Below are positions 12,221 through 24,248 of a DNA stretch of 64,000 nucleotides, in pieces. The notes beneath the pieces are model-generated. The model ran no database searches, was not told where the DNA came from, and worked only from the letters and a program-made list of their open reading frames with translations. A program made the position numbers and the translations under genes. Within the stretch, counting starts at the first letter, position 1. Each line of letters begins with the position of its first letter. Origin of the DNA: Calcarisporiella thermophila CBS 279.70 (Eukaryota; Fungi; Calcarisporiellomycota); contig NW_027192209.1 in NCBI RefSeq assembly GCF_041956535.1, forward strand, positions 429,341 to 493,340, given 5' to 3'.

Positions 12221-14333
12221 ATGGCTACCATGTACAGATCTTCCCGCCGCCCTCCTAGCTTTCATGGTGATAGCTCTGAAGCTACCTCACCCAATGTTAA
12301 TGATGCTAGGAAGCGGCAGTCCAAAAAAGATGAGGTAATCATTGATATATTCATGCTAATGCCATCGAATATTCATTAAGTGTTCAATCACTTTAATTGC
12401 AGGCTATTCGAAAGAAAATCGAGCAGGAACTTTCTAAAAAGCGCAACAGCCCTCGCCAAACCCGCCTTACTTCCAAGAAGCAGATCCAAGGTACTGTGAG
12501 CGCCCTGCGGCCATCGTTTGCTTTGACTGTGCGTGAGAATTGCTTGGTTGTGGAAGCGAGTCAATTGATGGCTGCAAAACGGAGCGATTGTGTGTTGGTG
12601 GTGGATGATGAAGATCGTCTCTGCGGAATTTTCACAGCTAAGGATATTGCATTTCGATTGGTCGCAGAGGACTACGATGCCAGGTACTGCGAAAATGTTT
12701 GCTCAATTCTTCTTTTTTTTTAGATATTGATCTCCTATGTATCATAGAGCTACTCCTGTCTCTGTAATCATGACAAGAAATCCAACTTGCGTAACCAGCG
12801 ATACTCCAGCTCCAGATGCTTTAGAGACCATGGTGCAACGTGGGTTCCGACACCTTCCCGTTTTGAACGAGGATGGTGATGTGGTTGGGCTCTTGGATAT
12901 TACTAAATGCTTGTTACAAGCTCTGGAAAGAATGGATCGTGCATTTGGGACGTCTAGGAAACTTTATGAAGCTCTTGAGGGTGTTCAATCGGAATGGAGT
13001 GGCGCTGATCGCAGGTAATTCTGAAATAATTTTGGGTGCTAACTAGCTCAATGCTGAAACGAATGCGTGTATCTACTATAGCTTCTTTTCGGTGATGAAG
13101 CAGATACGCGAGAAGATGTCCTGCCCGGATCTGAACTCAGTTCTTGATGGAGCTCAACACGCGGAAGTTGGTGTGCGCACCAATGTGCATGAGGCAGCAA
13201 AGTTGATGAAGTCAGTTCGCAAAACTTCTGTTCTTGTGATGGAGAATGGCAACATTGCCGGCATCTTTACGTCGAAGGATATTGTATTGCGAGTCATTGC
13301 GGCGGGTTTGGCCCCTTCGTCATGTAGCGTTGTGCGCGTGATGACACCGCATCCTGACACGGCTACGCCGACCACCACAATTTTAGATGCCCTGAAAAAA
13401 ATGCACGAAGGACACTATCTCAATTTGCCTGTCATCGACGACATTAGCCGCGATGTGCTTGGGGTGGTGAATGTGCTCCAGCTGACTTATGCGATGTTGG
13501 AGGAAATCAGTAGTATTGAAGGACAAGGTGAGAAGGGAAGAGGGATGGTGAACCGATTTTGGCAGTCATTTGCTACGCACGATGATGCGGAATCCGCCAG
13601 TGTCACTTCGGACACCGTTGCCTCCACACCAAGTGGGGCTGGGCATGTATACCCCCCTACACCCTCAAGTATATCGCGCGCTTCGCGGCCCAATACCTAT
13701 CCTTCTCGTGACTCGCCAACCCCATCTCAAAATTACCTTCATGAGGAGCAGGCTGCGGCCGAAGGAGAATACACATTCAAATTCCGGTCTCCAACTGGCA
13801 AAATGCACCGCTTTGTTGCCGAGACGAATTCTCTGTCCCACATCCGTGATGCCATTAAGTCTAAATTACTGAACGAGCGCATCAGTTTGGAGGACCTGGC
13901 TGCATCTCTTCACGCTGACACCTCGGATGCAGCCTTAGACGACAGCTGGATCGCACTGAGCTACGTGGACGACGACAATGACCACGTGCTGATATCAAGC
14001 GACGCCGACCTGATGGACTCTGTACAGGTGGCGCGGAGACAGGGGGCGGGAAGAGTGATGCTCTATTTGCACGATCACCTGACTCAGCAGCCAATTACCG
14101 AGCCTGTTTTAGGGGCTACTGGCGGAGAGCTGGACCACAACCCGACGGCATCGCGAGAAGACGAGAAGAGGGAAGTTGAGAAAAAAGCGAAGCGATTGAC
14201 AGGAAAGAGAGAGGAGAAGCCTGCGCCGTTCGGAGGAATTCCCAACGAACTCCTTTTGCCGGGTGCGATTGTTGCGTTGGCCGCCACCATTCTTTGCGTA
14301 TTTGTCGTTGGTCGGTTAACACGCTCGAAGTGA
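12221..14333 (+). CDS. CBS-CBS-PB1 domain protein with C-terminal TM helix (Mug70/CBSCBSPB-like), spliced
   Basis: RKRQSKKDEAIRKKIEQEL; CBS repeats (GIFTAKDIAFR, GFRHLPV, GIFTSKDIVLRV, GHYLNLPV); PB1 (FKFRSPTGKMHRF...LSYVDDDNDHVLISSDADL); C-terminal hydrophobic helix. Confidence 0.88.
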
Positions 14334-14936
14334 TTTTGCATAAGTTGCAATGGTGTAGGAGGGTAGTCTTTGCTAAAGATCGTATAATGTTTCCCTTCTT
14401 TTTTTGTACCCATTTTGCTCATTTTCCTATCCTTATTTTATTCTATTTTTTTTCTTCTTTTTCTTCCTAATGATTTTTACTTCATTTATAATTTTACCAC
14501 TGTATTAGTCTGAGGCTTATGTTATTTCACTTATCTAGGCTTTTATTTTTATTCCTTTCTACCTTCTCTTGTCTTTATCTAAAGCTGATATTAAATCGAC
14601 TGCTTTCTCTAAAAACCGCCGCATTTGTCCCTTAACAATGGAGATGCTCAACTAGAAACAAAATTTATACCTCGCAGATCAGTGTTTGGACTCGATATTT
14701 CTCATAGACCGTGATCTCTCTAAGAATACCTCCACTTGTCTATGATTCCTCACCTACATTCACCTACACGCGCTCTGTAGCAATGTAAAAGTCATGCTTT
14801 CAAGATTTTTCTTTGTAAATCCTTGGCCAAAGAGAAGTGTGGCGTAGTTGCTGGATCATCTAAATTCTATGGTTAACAGAAACTTTCTCCAAAGATCTTT
14901 TTTTCCTTTTCTTATCTCCTATAATCTAAAGATCCT

Positions 14937-15904
14937 ATGGCGCTGAACTGGGCGATGCTTCGCGAAGACCGCACGCCGGTTCTTCTTCCACAAGAGAAAA
15001 TGTTTATTCATCAGGGAGGAGTGCGATTGACATTAGATTGCACAGGAAGGTAATTCATGAAGGTGGCAAAATGGCTAGAATATAGATTAATCAATTAATT
15101 TTTGAATTTTGCAGAGGTTATCCCGGCAATTCGTAAGTTTCTCTCACATTTACTCAATAGATCAAAAGCTTAAATCGCTTATCGATGCAATTCATATAGA
15201 GGCGGTGTTTATTGCTCTTCAAATGGAACCGTTTTTCTTTCCAACAGACGGGTAGGAGTATCTTCTATTATATCGACTAGTTCCCCTGTTACAATTCATT
15301 TGTTCCATCCGTGCAGATAGTCTACATATGTGCTAATCCACAACCTCACTTCCAATCACTTTCCGTACCTCTCCGACACTTATCACAAGCTAAATTGAAC
15401 CAACCTTGGCTTGGACCTAACAATGTAACTGCTGTAGTTCAACCCGTAGGTGCCCTCTTATTTCAACATGATCCCCATTGCACCAACGTCTTTTTACCGA
15501 AACATTTGTTTTTAGGTTAGAGAAGGGGGATTGGAGCTTCCCGGCGTGCTTAAGCTCGTATTCAACGAGAGTGGTGCATTCGATTTCTACTGCGTATTTC
15601 GTGAGCTGTTAGAACGCCTAGCAGGTAAATGCCCGCTCATTTTACCCTTTTTTTTTTGTATTCATCTCTTTTCTTGTTGCCAGAAAATGAAAGCGAAGCT
15701 CCTCCGGACCACTTCGAACCTCTTCCTGTCTATACCGCATCTATGGGCAGTAGCTCAACAAACATTTCACATACCCCTCCGGTTTCTTCCAGTTCACATT
15801 TTCCAGAACCAAGTGCACCGCTGGCAGAAAGTCCCGAGCCAGTGCCGATGATTAGGGAAGACGAGCTTCCGCCCAGCTATGATGAGATCGTAAAGCACAG
15901 ATGA
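14937..15904 (+). CDS. WW-domain binding protein 2 (WBP2)-like GRAM/PH protein, spliced, with an 18-nt micro-exon (15115-15132)
   Basis: MALNWAML...PVLLPQEK, GTVFLSNRR, LNQPWLGPN, LKLVFNESGAFDF, C-terminal LPVY and PPSY motifs. Confidence 0.75.
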
Positions 15905-16141
15905 GATTGCAAAGCACAGATACTGCTCTTGATCACTCCATAATTGTGTGTACGATCCACTTTTGCATAATTATTATCCCCTTCTCTTTATAAGTAATAA
16001 TAGTAATAAGCTTAGAAGACCGTCAAATCTCTATGAAGCTGAAGCAATGGAAATAGAGTGTATATTCAAAGCCTGGCAGAAAATGAGCCCAATATTTAAA
16101 TTTAAAATAGCAAAGAAGAAAAAAAAAAAACAGAAACTCCG

Positions 16142-17723
16142 TCACATCATGCTATCATCATCGTGCCCGTGCTCGAAAAGATAGTTCGCTGCCATCTCCT
16201 CGTCCTTGTCGCACGCAATATATGCTTCTATAGCAATGGCGCGATCAAAACCCAATGCTTGTAGCTGGGGTGGTTAGGCAGAAATTATTAGTCAATGTGC
16301 AAATGATGGTTGGCCGAACAAGGATGTTATTTACTCTATTGATGGCTTCATTTTCCTCCATCGTAATATGAATGACGTCTTCATCGCCCTCCTCACCCTC
16401 GTAATCGTCTCCTTCGCCATGCTCCCCACCCTCTCCGCCTTCACCCAACAACCGCAAAAATGCCTCCTGGTTACTATCAATCAGCTCCACCAAGCGTGGG
16501 TTTGACTGCGCTAGCTGGCTAAGAATCACAGGGAGCAGCTCTGGGTTTTGCTGAACAAGCTGGCGCAATTGCTGGAATTGCGGCTGATGACGTAAGAAGG
16601 AGAGATCAGCATCGCTATCTCCGCCACCTGTGCGCTGTTGTTGTGGTTGTTGCTGCGCAGCATTGGCAGCAGCCTCAAAAAGATTTTGAGCGGCCTCCCC
16701 TTGCTGAGGCTGAGAGTGTTCTGTGGCGCCTGACTGAGGGTTGTGAGTGGCCTCTTCTCCTTCTAAATCTGCCGGAATTCCCTGTGAAAAATGGGAACCG
16801 CAATCAAATTAGACTCTGAATCTATCGGATAGGTTGATGCAGTGAAAATTTTCAATGATATAATTACATTCATTAAGTATTCCACGGCGCGGTCAGGGTT
16901 ATTGAAACTAGCTCGCATCGCCCGAATTACCTGCTCCCGCGGAAAGCCCATCTCGACCATATTATTAATGGCAGATTCGTACTGTGTCCCTGTTACTAAG
17001 ACATTCAGATATTAAAGTCAGGATGGAGTCGTCGATAATATCACCTAAACATCAATATTTTTTGGAATATAAATACCAAGAGCTTCGGAGGTATTCCAGG
17101 AGGAAATTCCGGTATTTTGACTTGGTGCGGCTGCGGGTTGCGGCGGGGCTGCTGCTTGTTCTCTCGTTGGTTTGTTGTCAGCAGCAACTGATGCCGGGGC
17201 AGGAGCAGGGGCAGGAGCAGGGGCAGGAGCAGGAGCAGGGGCAGGAGCTGATGCAGAGGAAGTGGATGTAGCATTGCTGGTGGCAGGTTTCGCTGCACTG
17301 GTTGTTTTTGGCTAAAATCGTGTTTGTTTATTAATATTCCGTTCAGAATCTCCCTTTGTTTTTTTTTGCGTACCTTGGAAACCATAAGCACCATAAAGTC
17401 CTTTTCAGACATATTCAACTGTCCAAAGACTTGATCATCGCTCAAGATCTTTCCTATTATACCAAAAATAAATTTTAGGGAATGATTACCAAGACACACG
17501 AAAAATAATGCAGATAGTACCTGAAAAAATTAGCTTCTGAGAGGCCGGCTCGAAACCTTGAGATGTCTGGATCTTGGCTTTCAAAACCGAAACCTATTAG
17601 ACGCGCAAAAGTTGCAGGTTAGAGCAGTCCAATGCAGAGGCTATTTATTCATCGTACCGTATCCTCAGGTTCGGCATCGATTTGGAAAATTTTCTGCTGG
17701 AGCGTTTTTATCGAAATCTTCAT
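16142..17723 (-). CDS. RAD23: UV excision repair / ubiquitin receptor Rad23, spliced
   Basis: [13 protein letters not shown]...[46 protein letters not shown]-binding [12 protein letters not shown], terminal [22 protein letters not shown]. Confidence 0.95.
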
Positions 17724-18182
17724 CTTTACAGTTGGTATGGATTATGAAAACGAAACTGCTGGACTGGTATATTAGGCTCGAGAATATTCAAACATTTTGT
17801 GACGTTGCTTGCCAATCTTTAGTTTGCCCAAATGAGCTCAGAGTTTAATTTGCTTATATTTTCACAATTGGATTATTCCGATTATTCATGTGTGTTCAAT
17901 ACAGACGCGCCGTGTTGAGTGATGTTCTTTGGCAAGAGAGCTGTTGAGAATACACCACACATATGATGCATGTTTTGTCCAGTGCTTTTTGAATATTTCC
18001 TGAGGGAACCTAGTATTTTGCTTGCTTTTTCTGAGGAGAGTCTACGCGGCGACCTAGTATTTTTTGTAGCTCGACCAATTTAGATTCGGGGCGTGAAGTA
18101 TATGCTTATACAAATATTCACAAGATGCTACAGCTACTAAATAGTTTGGTATCCATCTGAACTCGACCACTATTATGCATTC

Positions 18183-19826
18183 TCATTCCTCCAACGTACC
18201 TAATGCATCTCCCCATCCTGATGTCTCCACTAGGTCGGCAAGTTTATCAATTTCTTTTTCGACCCGTTCATTCCAATCCTTCATCGCTCCTTGCCACCCA
18301 ATTTGCTCAAGAAAATTCTGGCAATATGTTCTGTTTTCAAACAGCCCATGTAGATATACCCTATATGCAGTAAAGCATTTAGCATGGTTGTCAACTGGTG
18401 AATTGATTTTTTTTTTAAAAAAAAATTACCCGTAAATATTACCATTGCACCATCCTAGGCCATCTGGTAGATGTTCATTGGCCCCTTTGCCAGCGATGGT
18501 TTTGCCACGATGAATCTCGTAGCCACGGATTTTTACGCTTGAGCCATCCCGGTCTCTCCATTCTGTTTCCCGCTGACGCGTTGTTTTTTGAGGTTCTATC
18601 CAAGTTTCAAGGTCCAGCAATCCCAGCCCTCGTACATCAGCTTCGCCTTCTATATGATTCTCGTCATGGATATAGTTTCCCAAGATTTGCATCCCTCCGC
18701 ACACCCCCATCACCAGCTTCCCATGGCTAGCGAATTCCAGTATCTCCTTCTCGAGACCAGTCGTACGCAGAAACGCCAAGCTTTTATAGGAGTTCTTGCT
18801 CCCGGGAAGCAATATTGCATCATATCCATCTAACCCCGTCCATCTGCGAATTGGGATAACGTTCACGTTAGGGGCGTAGATTAGCGGGTCAAACTCATCC
18901 AAGTTGCTCGCAAACGGATACATTATAAGGGCAATGTTAATTTGCCCTAATACCGGTACATCCTTGTGATGGAACATATCTTCCTCGGGTAAAAGATGTT
19001 GGACCATTGGAATCACGCCGACCACAGGGACGCCAGTCTTTTGCTCCAGCCAATCGGTCGCTTCACCCAGCATATGAACATCGCCGATAAACTTGTTCAG
19101 AATAAAACCTTTGATCAGCGCACGGTCGTCAGAGTCGAGCGTTAGATAAGTGCCATAGAGATGGGCAAAGGCGCCGCCGCGATCTATATCCGCAACCAGG
19201 TATACGTGGGCCTTGGCGGCGTGGGCAACACGAAAATTGACGATATCAGCGTGACGAAGATTGGGCTCTGCGGGGCTTCCTGCTCCTTCAATGATGACCT
19301 ATATTTCATTAGATAAAATTGGTAACTGAGTCGAAATTCTATTAATCCATTCCGAGCTACTAGATCATATTCCTCCATGAGCGCACATAGCGATTGTTGA
19401 ACACGTGGCCACAATGCATTGGACCGCTGCGTCCAGTGTGTGCGCATAGCCTCTTCATCTACCCTTCCAAGCACAATCACTTCACATTTGCCCTCGTGGC
19501 TTGGCTTTAGCAATACGGGATTCATTTTCTCAGTCGGGAGAATGCGCGAGGCCTTTGCTTGAAAAAACTGGGCTCTTCCTAGTTCCAGGTAATATGGATT
19601 AAAGAAGAACGTTCATCCACAAGATCTATTATAACTCCCTTTTACCCATTTCTTGACCATCATGAGTGACAGCCGCATTGTTGCTGATCTGTTGGCCCTT
19701 GAATGGAGCTACACGCAAGCCTTTTCGGGCATAGTAACGACATAAGGCGGTGGTAAGGAAAGACTTGCCGGCATCTGAAGTGCATCCCATGATCATGATT
19801 GGGCGCCGATGGCGTGAGCATGTCAT
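18183..19826 (-). CDS. cobQ: Cobyric acid synthase (adenosylcobyric acid synthase, glutamine-hydrolysing), with 3 spliceosomal introns
   Basis: Spliced product: [21 protein letters not shown]...[12 protein letters not shown]...GQEMG|RAQ...MNPVLLKP...|[21 protein letters not shown]...[17 protein letters not shown]...[10 protein letters not shown]...GVPVVGVIP...SNLDEFDPL...ILLPGSKN...[10 protein letters not shown]...GLGLLD...GYEIHRG...IYG|[13 protein letters not shown] introns 19579-19645, 19299-19360 and 18361-18429 restore one frame. The exact last exon is slightly uncertain. Confidence 0.93.
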
Positions 19827-20266
19827 TCTGGAAGTGCGCAATTAATTTGTCGAAAAACAGCAGGAATGGAACATTTATGCTCTACAGAATTTCGGTGTCC
19901 ACCTGTAATTTAGCGTTTCCAAACTGGGGAATTGGGATAGCTGAAAAGGAAATGAGCCTCAGTAGGGTTGAAAGTTGAGAAAAGGCCATAATCACCATAG
20001 GGAGTATAATGAATACAGCATGAGTCCCCCCGGACGAACGTCATCCTTGTTTCCTAGGAATAGAGTGTTATTTCAAGGGGAATTCGAACCGAGAGCGGGT
20101 ATGCTCTATAGGCCCACGTGGCTTGTTTCGTTTTTCCCTAATATCATCTTGCTATATAAAGGACCGGCGCCTACCGCCAAGAACCCTTGGAAAGACTTTG
20201 CCTTCATTAAAATATTGACCTATTCCTTCTTTCTTAATCCTAAATCCTTACTTTTTTTTACCAACT

Positions 20267-21654
20267 ATGGCAAGAAGAGTACAAATTACGGATCTCCCCG
20301 AGGAAATCTTGGTTGACAATATATTTGCGTATCTTTCCAACTCATCTCTTGCCGCTGCTGCTCAATCTTGCAAATTTTTCGCTCGGCTGATAGAGGACGA
20401 ATCCATATGGAAACACAAGTGCTTGTAAGTTGACTCTCTCCTTCACTGACGTCTAGCCCATAGCCTGATCCACTCACCATTTTGTTGGACATGCTCCCTA
20501 CTAGGAACGAATTCAATTTCCCAGACCTGGTTACTTTCCGTCAACTTGGCTGGCGCACACTCTATCGCCGCCTTCGCCATCCGCGTGTCTACACATGGGG
20601 CTCAAACGACAAGGAGCGTCTCGGATATAAAACACCACCCGTGCATACACGTAGATATCCTCATTATATGCATTCTTCGACTCCGCAATACACTCCACGC
20701 GAGGTTGAATCACTTCGGGACAAAGGCGTGGTGGGATTGGTGGCGGGCGGCTGGGGATTTCACGTCGTAGACTACAAAGGTAGGGTGTGGGCGTGGGGAG
20801 TGCTGAGAGAGAACGGACCGGTCCTTGAAGAGCCCACTCAATTGGATTTGCCAGAGTCGATTCGAGTCATTTCGAGTGGAAGAGGGCATGTGGTTGCCTT
20901 GTCGAAGAACGAGCAAATATGGCAATGGGAGGACTATGGGGAGTATCATAGGATCGAGCTCCGAGGTAATCGGAGCCGAATCAAGCAGATTAACGCGGGA
21001 TGGACCCATTCACTGGCCTTGACGGAGGACGGAAAGATGTGGATCTGGGATAAGGAGGATCACACGGCCACCACCTGGGTTAGCCTCAGCGATGTGGACC
21101 CCGGCGTTGAAGACGGTAATGATACGTTCGTGCAGGTTGCAGGGGGGGAGTCCTTTTCGATAGCATTGACGGCCCAGGGCCGCATCTTCAAATTCGAGTA
21201 TCGAAGGCAGATGGAGCAAAGTGGGGAAATCGTGATGACACCGCCTCAAGAGCGATATTCGCAGCTCCTAAATTTCATCCCCCCTGCCAACGAGAAAATC
21301 ACCCACATCTCTGCAGCATTTCGTGCGTTTAGTGCCTATACCCCCGAAGGCACTGTCCTGATCGGCAACGACGAGTCCACGGCAGCCTCTGCCCCCAGCC
21401 TTATCCCAGAGCTTCAGCGTAGAGGCGTGTGCCAGATAACCCTGGGAGACTGGCATAAGGGATGCCTGACGGAGCGCGGAGAAATCCTCACCTGGGGGAC
21501 CAATGACCAGGGCGCTCTCGGTTTAGGCCGGGAGGTGAGAGACGAAGTGGTGGCCCCGACCTTGGTGAAGGATCTGGGGTTGGAGAGGGGATATCTTCCA
21601 TTCCAGATTGCGTTTGCGGGGTGGCATTCTGGGGCGCTGGTCGTCCCCCTGTAG
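20267..21654 (+). CDS. F-box + RCC1-repeat protein (Saf1/Pof9-like), 1 intron
   Basis: Exon 1 F-box ITDLPEEILVDNIFAYL; RCC1-like repeats (VYTWGSND, LVAGGWGFH, INAGWTHSLALTEDG, GDWHKGCLTERGEILTWG, IAFAGWHSGAL). Confidence 0.8.
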
Positions 21655-21835
21655 AGGAGGGAGGCACCCCTTTACAATGATTCATGTTATATCCAAAACC
21701 ATGATGATATCAACCCCCCAACTCTCCCCTTTTTTGAATTTAATATTCAGCTTCTATTACTATTAATATGAGATGTAACATGTTTATAACAAATAAAGGA
21801 TAAATTAGAGAATTAATGTACAGCCATCAAACGAA

Positions 21836-23803
21836 CTAGGGTGCATAGGGTGACCGCATTGTCATCTCCATGTTTTTCGGCCGCTGGACCACGAAACGTG
21901 TCTGGTCCTCGTTCGAAAGCTCCTCCAAGGTCCGGCCCTTTGTCTCAGTGATCAGGAAGGTGCACAGGAACCCTAACAACATGATTCCGGCAAAGATCAG
22001 CAGCAGCTTGTCGAGGAACTTGCCCTCCCCACCGATATCTTTCATCTCGCCGAAGCCCACTTGTGCAATAATCGCCCCAAGCTTGCCGAAGGCGGCGGAG
22101 ATACCGTGGCACGTGGAGCGATACCGGGTGGGGAAAAGCTCGCCGGGGACCACGAACGTCGTCGTGTTTGGGCCGAAGTTGGTGAAGAATTGGGAAAGAG
22201 TGAAGAGCACCACAAACCCGGCCACACTTGACGTTCTGAGGGGAATAGAAGGAAGGAAAAAAAAAAAACAAAAAGACGGGGGGGGGGGTATTAGCCATAT
22301 TCAGAGAGGTGGGAATCCGCCGTGTTTACACTCACTTTAGCTGGTAGAACGTAGCGCCCATCACCACGTAGATAATGGTGAGCATGGCAAATCCCATCAG
22401 CTGGATATTCCTACGCCCCAAGCGTTCGATGGTGAAGACGCACACCCAGTATCCGGGGACGGTGCCCAGCAGGTTGATGATGATGTTGCCGACCGAGGCA
22501 GAGAAGAGATTCGCATACGCCTATGAGAGGAGGCAACCACACGGAGCATGAGCCTGCCGCTCGGGCCAGAGTTCGCGCGGGGAATCGACTTACCTCGTTC
22601 GAGTGAGTTCCGGCGCGGAAACCTATGCTGTCCAGGATGAATCCGTTGTTGAGACCTATGCCATAGAATGCAATGTCTAGCAGGAACCAGGTCGAGGCGC
22701 ACCCAAACAAGAGCTTGAAGTTCTCCATCCGCGAGAAGTACTTGATGAAGTCGCGTAGCGATGCACGCGGCAGCTCAGAGTGCTCCACGAGATCTTGGTC
22801 CTCGTAGTCACCGGCAGCGGCCCCCTTGTGTAAGAAGGCAGCGGCATCCTTTGCGCCCTTGCTGATTTTTTGCTCCACATCCATGGTGTATCGTGGAGTT
22901 TCGGGAATCGTCAGACGGTAGTAGAGGGCAACCACGGCGGGGATCTACTCATCAATCAGTTAGCCAACCGCTGGGTTGCCGCGGGCCACAGTCATCCTTA
23001 CCGCGCCAACTCCGATCACAATGCGCCAACACTGGTCCAGGACGCCGACGTCTCTTCGGATCGCGTCACGGTACCCGAGCAGAACTAGGACGCTCACTAT
23101 GCTGGCCGACAGGATGCCGAGGCCCTGCATAGCAAACACGGCGGCAATCATGGCACCTCTGCGCTGGGTGGTGGCGAATTCGCTGGTGATCACGGCCGAC
23201 AGCGGATAGTCCCCTCCGATTCCGATGCCAAGGACCACGCGCCAGAAGCTGATGATCACCCACAGCGGGATGGTGCTGGAACTTCCGGCGACGGCCTGGC
23301 CGATGGTTGCGATCAGAATGATCGTGAGCTCGATTCCGTACATGCGCTTCCGCCCGAACTTGTCCGCCAGCCAGCCGAAGAGAAACTGGCCGATCATGGT
23401 GCCGATGCTGGCGGATATTTTGATGGTGGTGTCGATGTTCGAGGGCGTGCGGTTGCCGTTCTCCTGGAAGTACACCCACCCGAACATGAGGCTGACCAGG
23501 TTGATTGCGAAGAGGTCGTAGGAGTCTGTGAAGAACCCAATGCCAGACACGATGCAAGCTCTGACGTGGAACCTACGAAGAGAGCACTAGGGGTTAGTCA
23601 CGGGCCGCAGCCTGCACGGCAGAAGAGGGCAGTAGTGCGGAGGAAGCGGCGTACCAGCTGAACCGAGCGCTGTCTATTTCCGAGAGCGCGGCCCGTCTTC
23701 GCTCGTCCAGGTCCAGATAGGATGTATCCGCAATGGCATAGTCCATCGCGGGCCTTGGGTATTCGTGGAGTTCGTGGGTATATTGGATGGGAGGCTGGTA
23801 CAT
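21836..23803 (-). CDS. PHO84: High-affinity inorganic phosphate:H+ symporter (MFS), spliced
   Basis: ERRRAALSEID..FSWFH, GIGFFTDSYDLFAI, GIGGDYPLSAVITSEFA, RRGAMIAAVFAMQG, YYRLTIPETPRY, WFLLDIAFYG and NFGPNTTTFVVPGELFPTRYRSTCHGISAA. Confidence 0.96.
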
Positions 23804-23852
23804 AGTTGGGGAAGACGCGGGGCGGAGGGGAAGAGGGGGAGGAGGGGGAAGA

Positions 23853-23876
23853 GCAGCAGCAGCAGCAGCAGCAGCA
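23853..23876. repeat. (GCA)8 microsatellite upstream of the PHO84 start
   Basis: gcagcagcagcagcagcagcagca about 50 nt upstream of the PHO84 ATG. Confidence 0.9.
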
Positions 23877-24100
23877 GGGAGAGGGCTGATAAATAAGAGG
23901 CAGGGCCGGGGAGCTAGGGGAAGAGCAGGAAAGAACGGAGCAGGGGAGGGGGGGAGCGGGAAAGAAGGCTGGGAGAGGAGCCAAAAGCAAGAGGGGCGCT
24001 GCGCTGGAAGCGTGTTTTTATGATCTTTCCTTCTATTCTCGAAGCTCATGCACACAACTAGGTAACCGTTAGGGCATCCAATCCTTTATTTACAGGGAGC

Positions 24101-24108
24101 GCACGTTG
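24101..24108. promoter_or_regulatory. Candidate Pho4-type E-box (GCACGTT) about 300 nt upstream of PHO84
   Basis: gcacgttg matches the CACGTK Pho4 consensus, and its position fits the PHO84 promoter; short motif, so chance occurrence is possible. Confidence 0.4.
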
Positions 24109-24248
24109 GCTCCTTTCGCGTGTAACATTTTGCAAAAGTGTGTAAGTTTGGGGATTCAAACCCCGCAATGCAAGATTGCGCACGCAGGGGGATCTGATTT
24201 CTCGGGTGGAGGGCACGGCTTCCCAGCTGCCGCAGCCCGCTTCCCCCC

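Noticed and set aside
18183-19826. cobQ as bacterial or endosymbiont contamination
   Set aside because: It has three canonical spliceosomal introns, no operon neighbours, and contiguous fungal genes on both sides.
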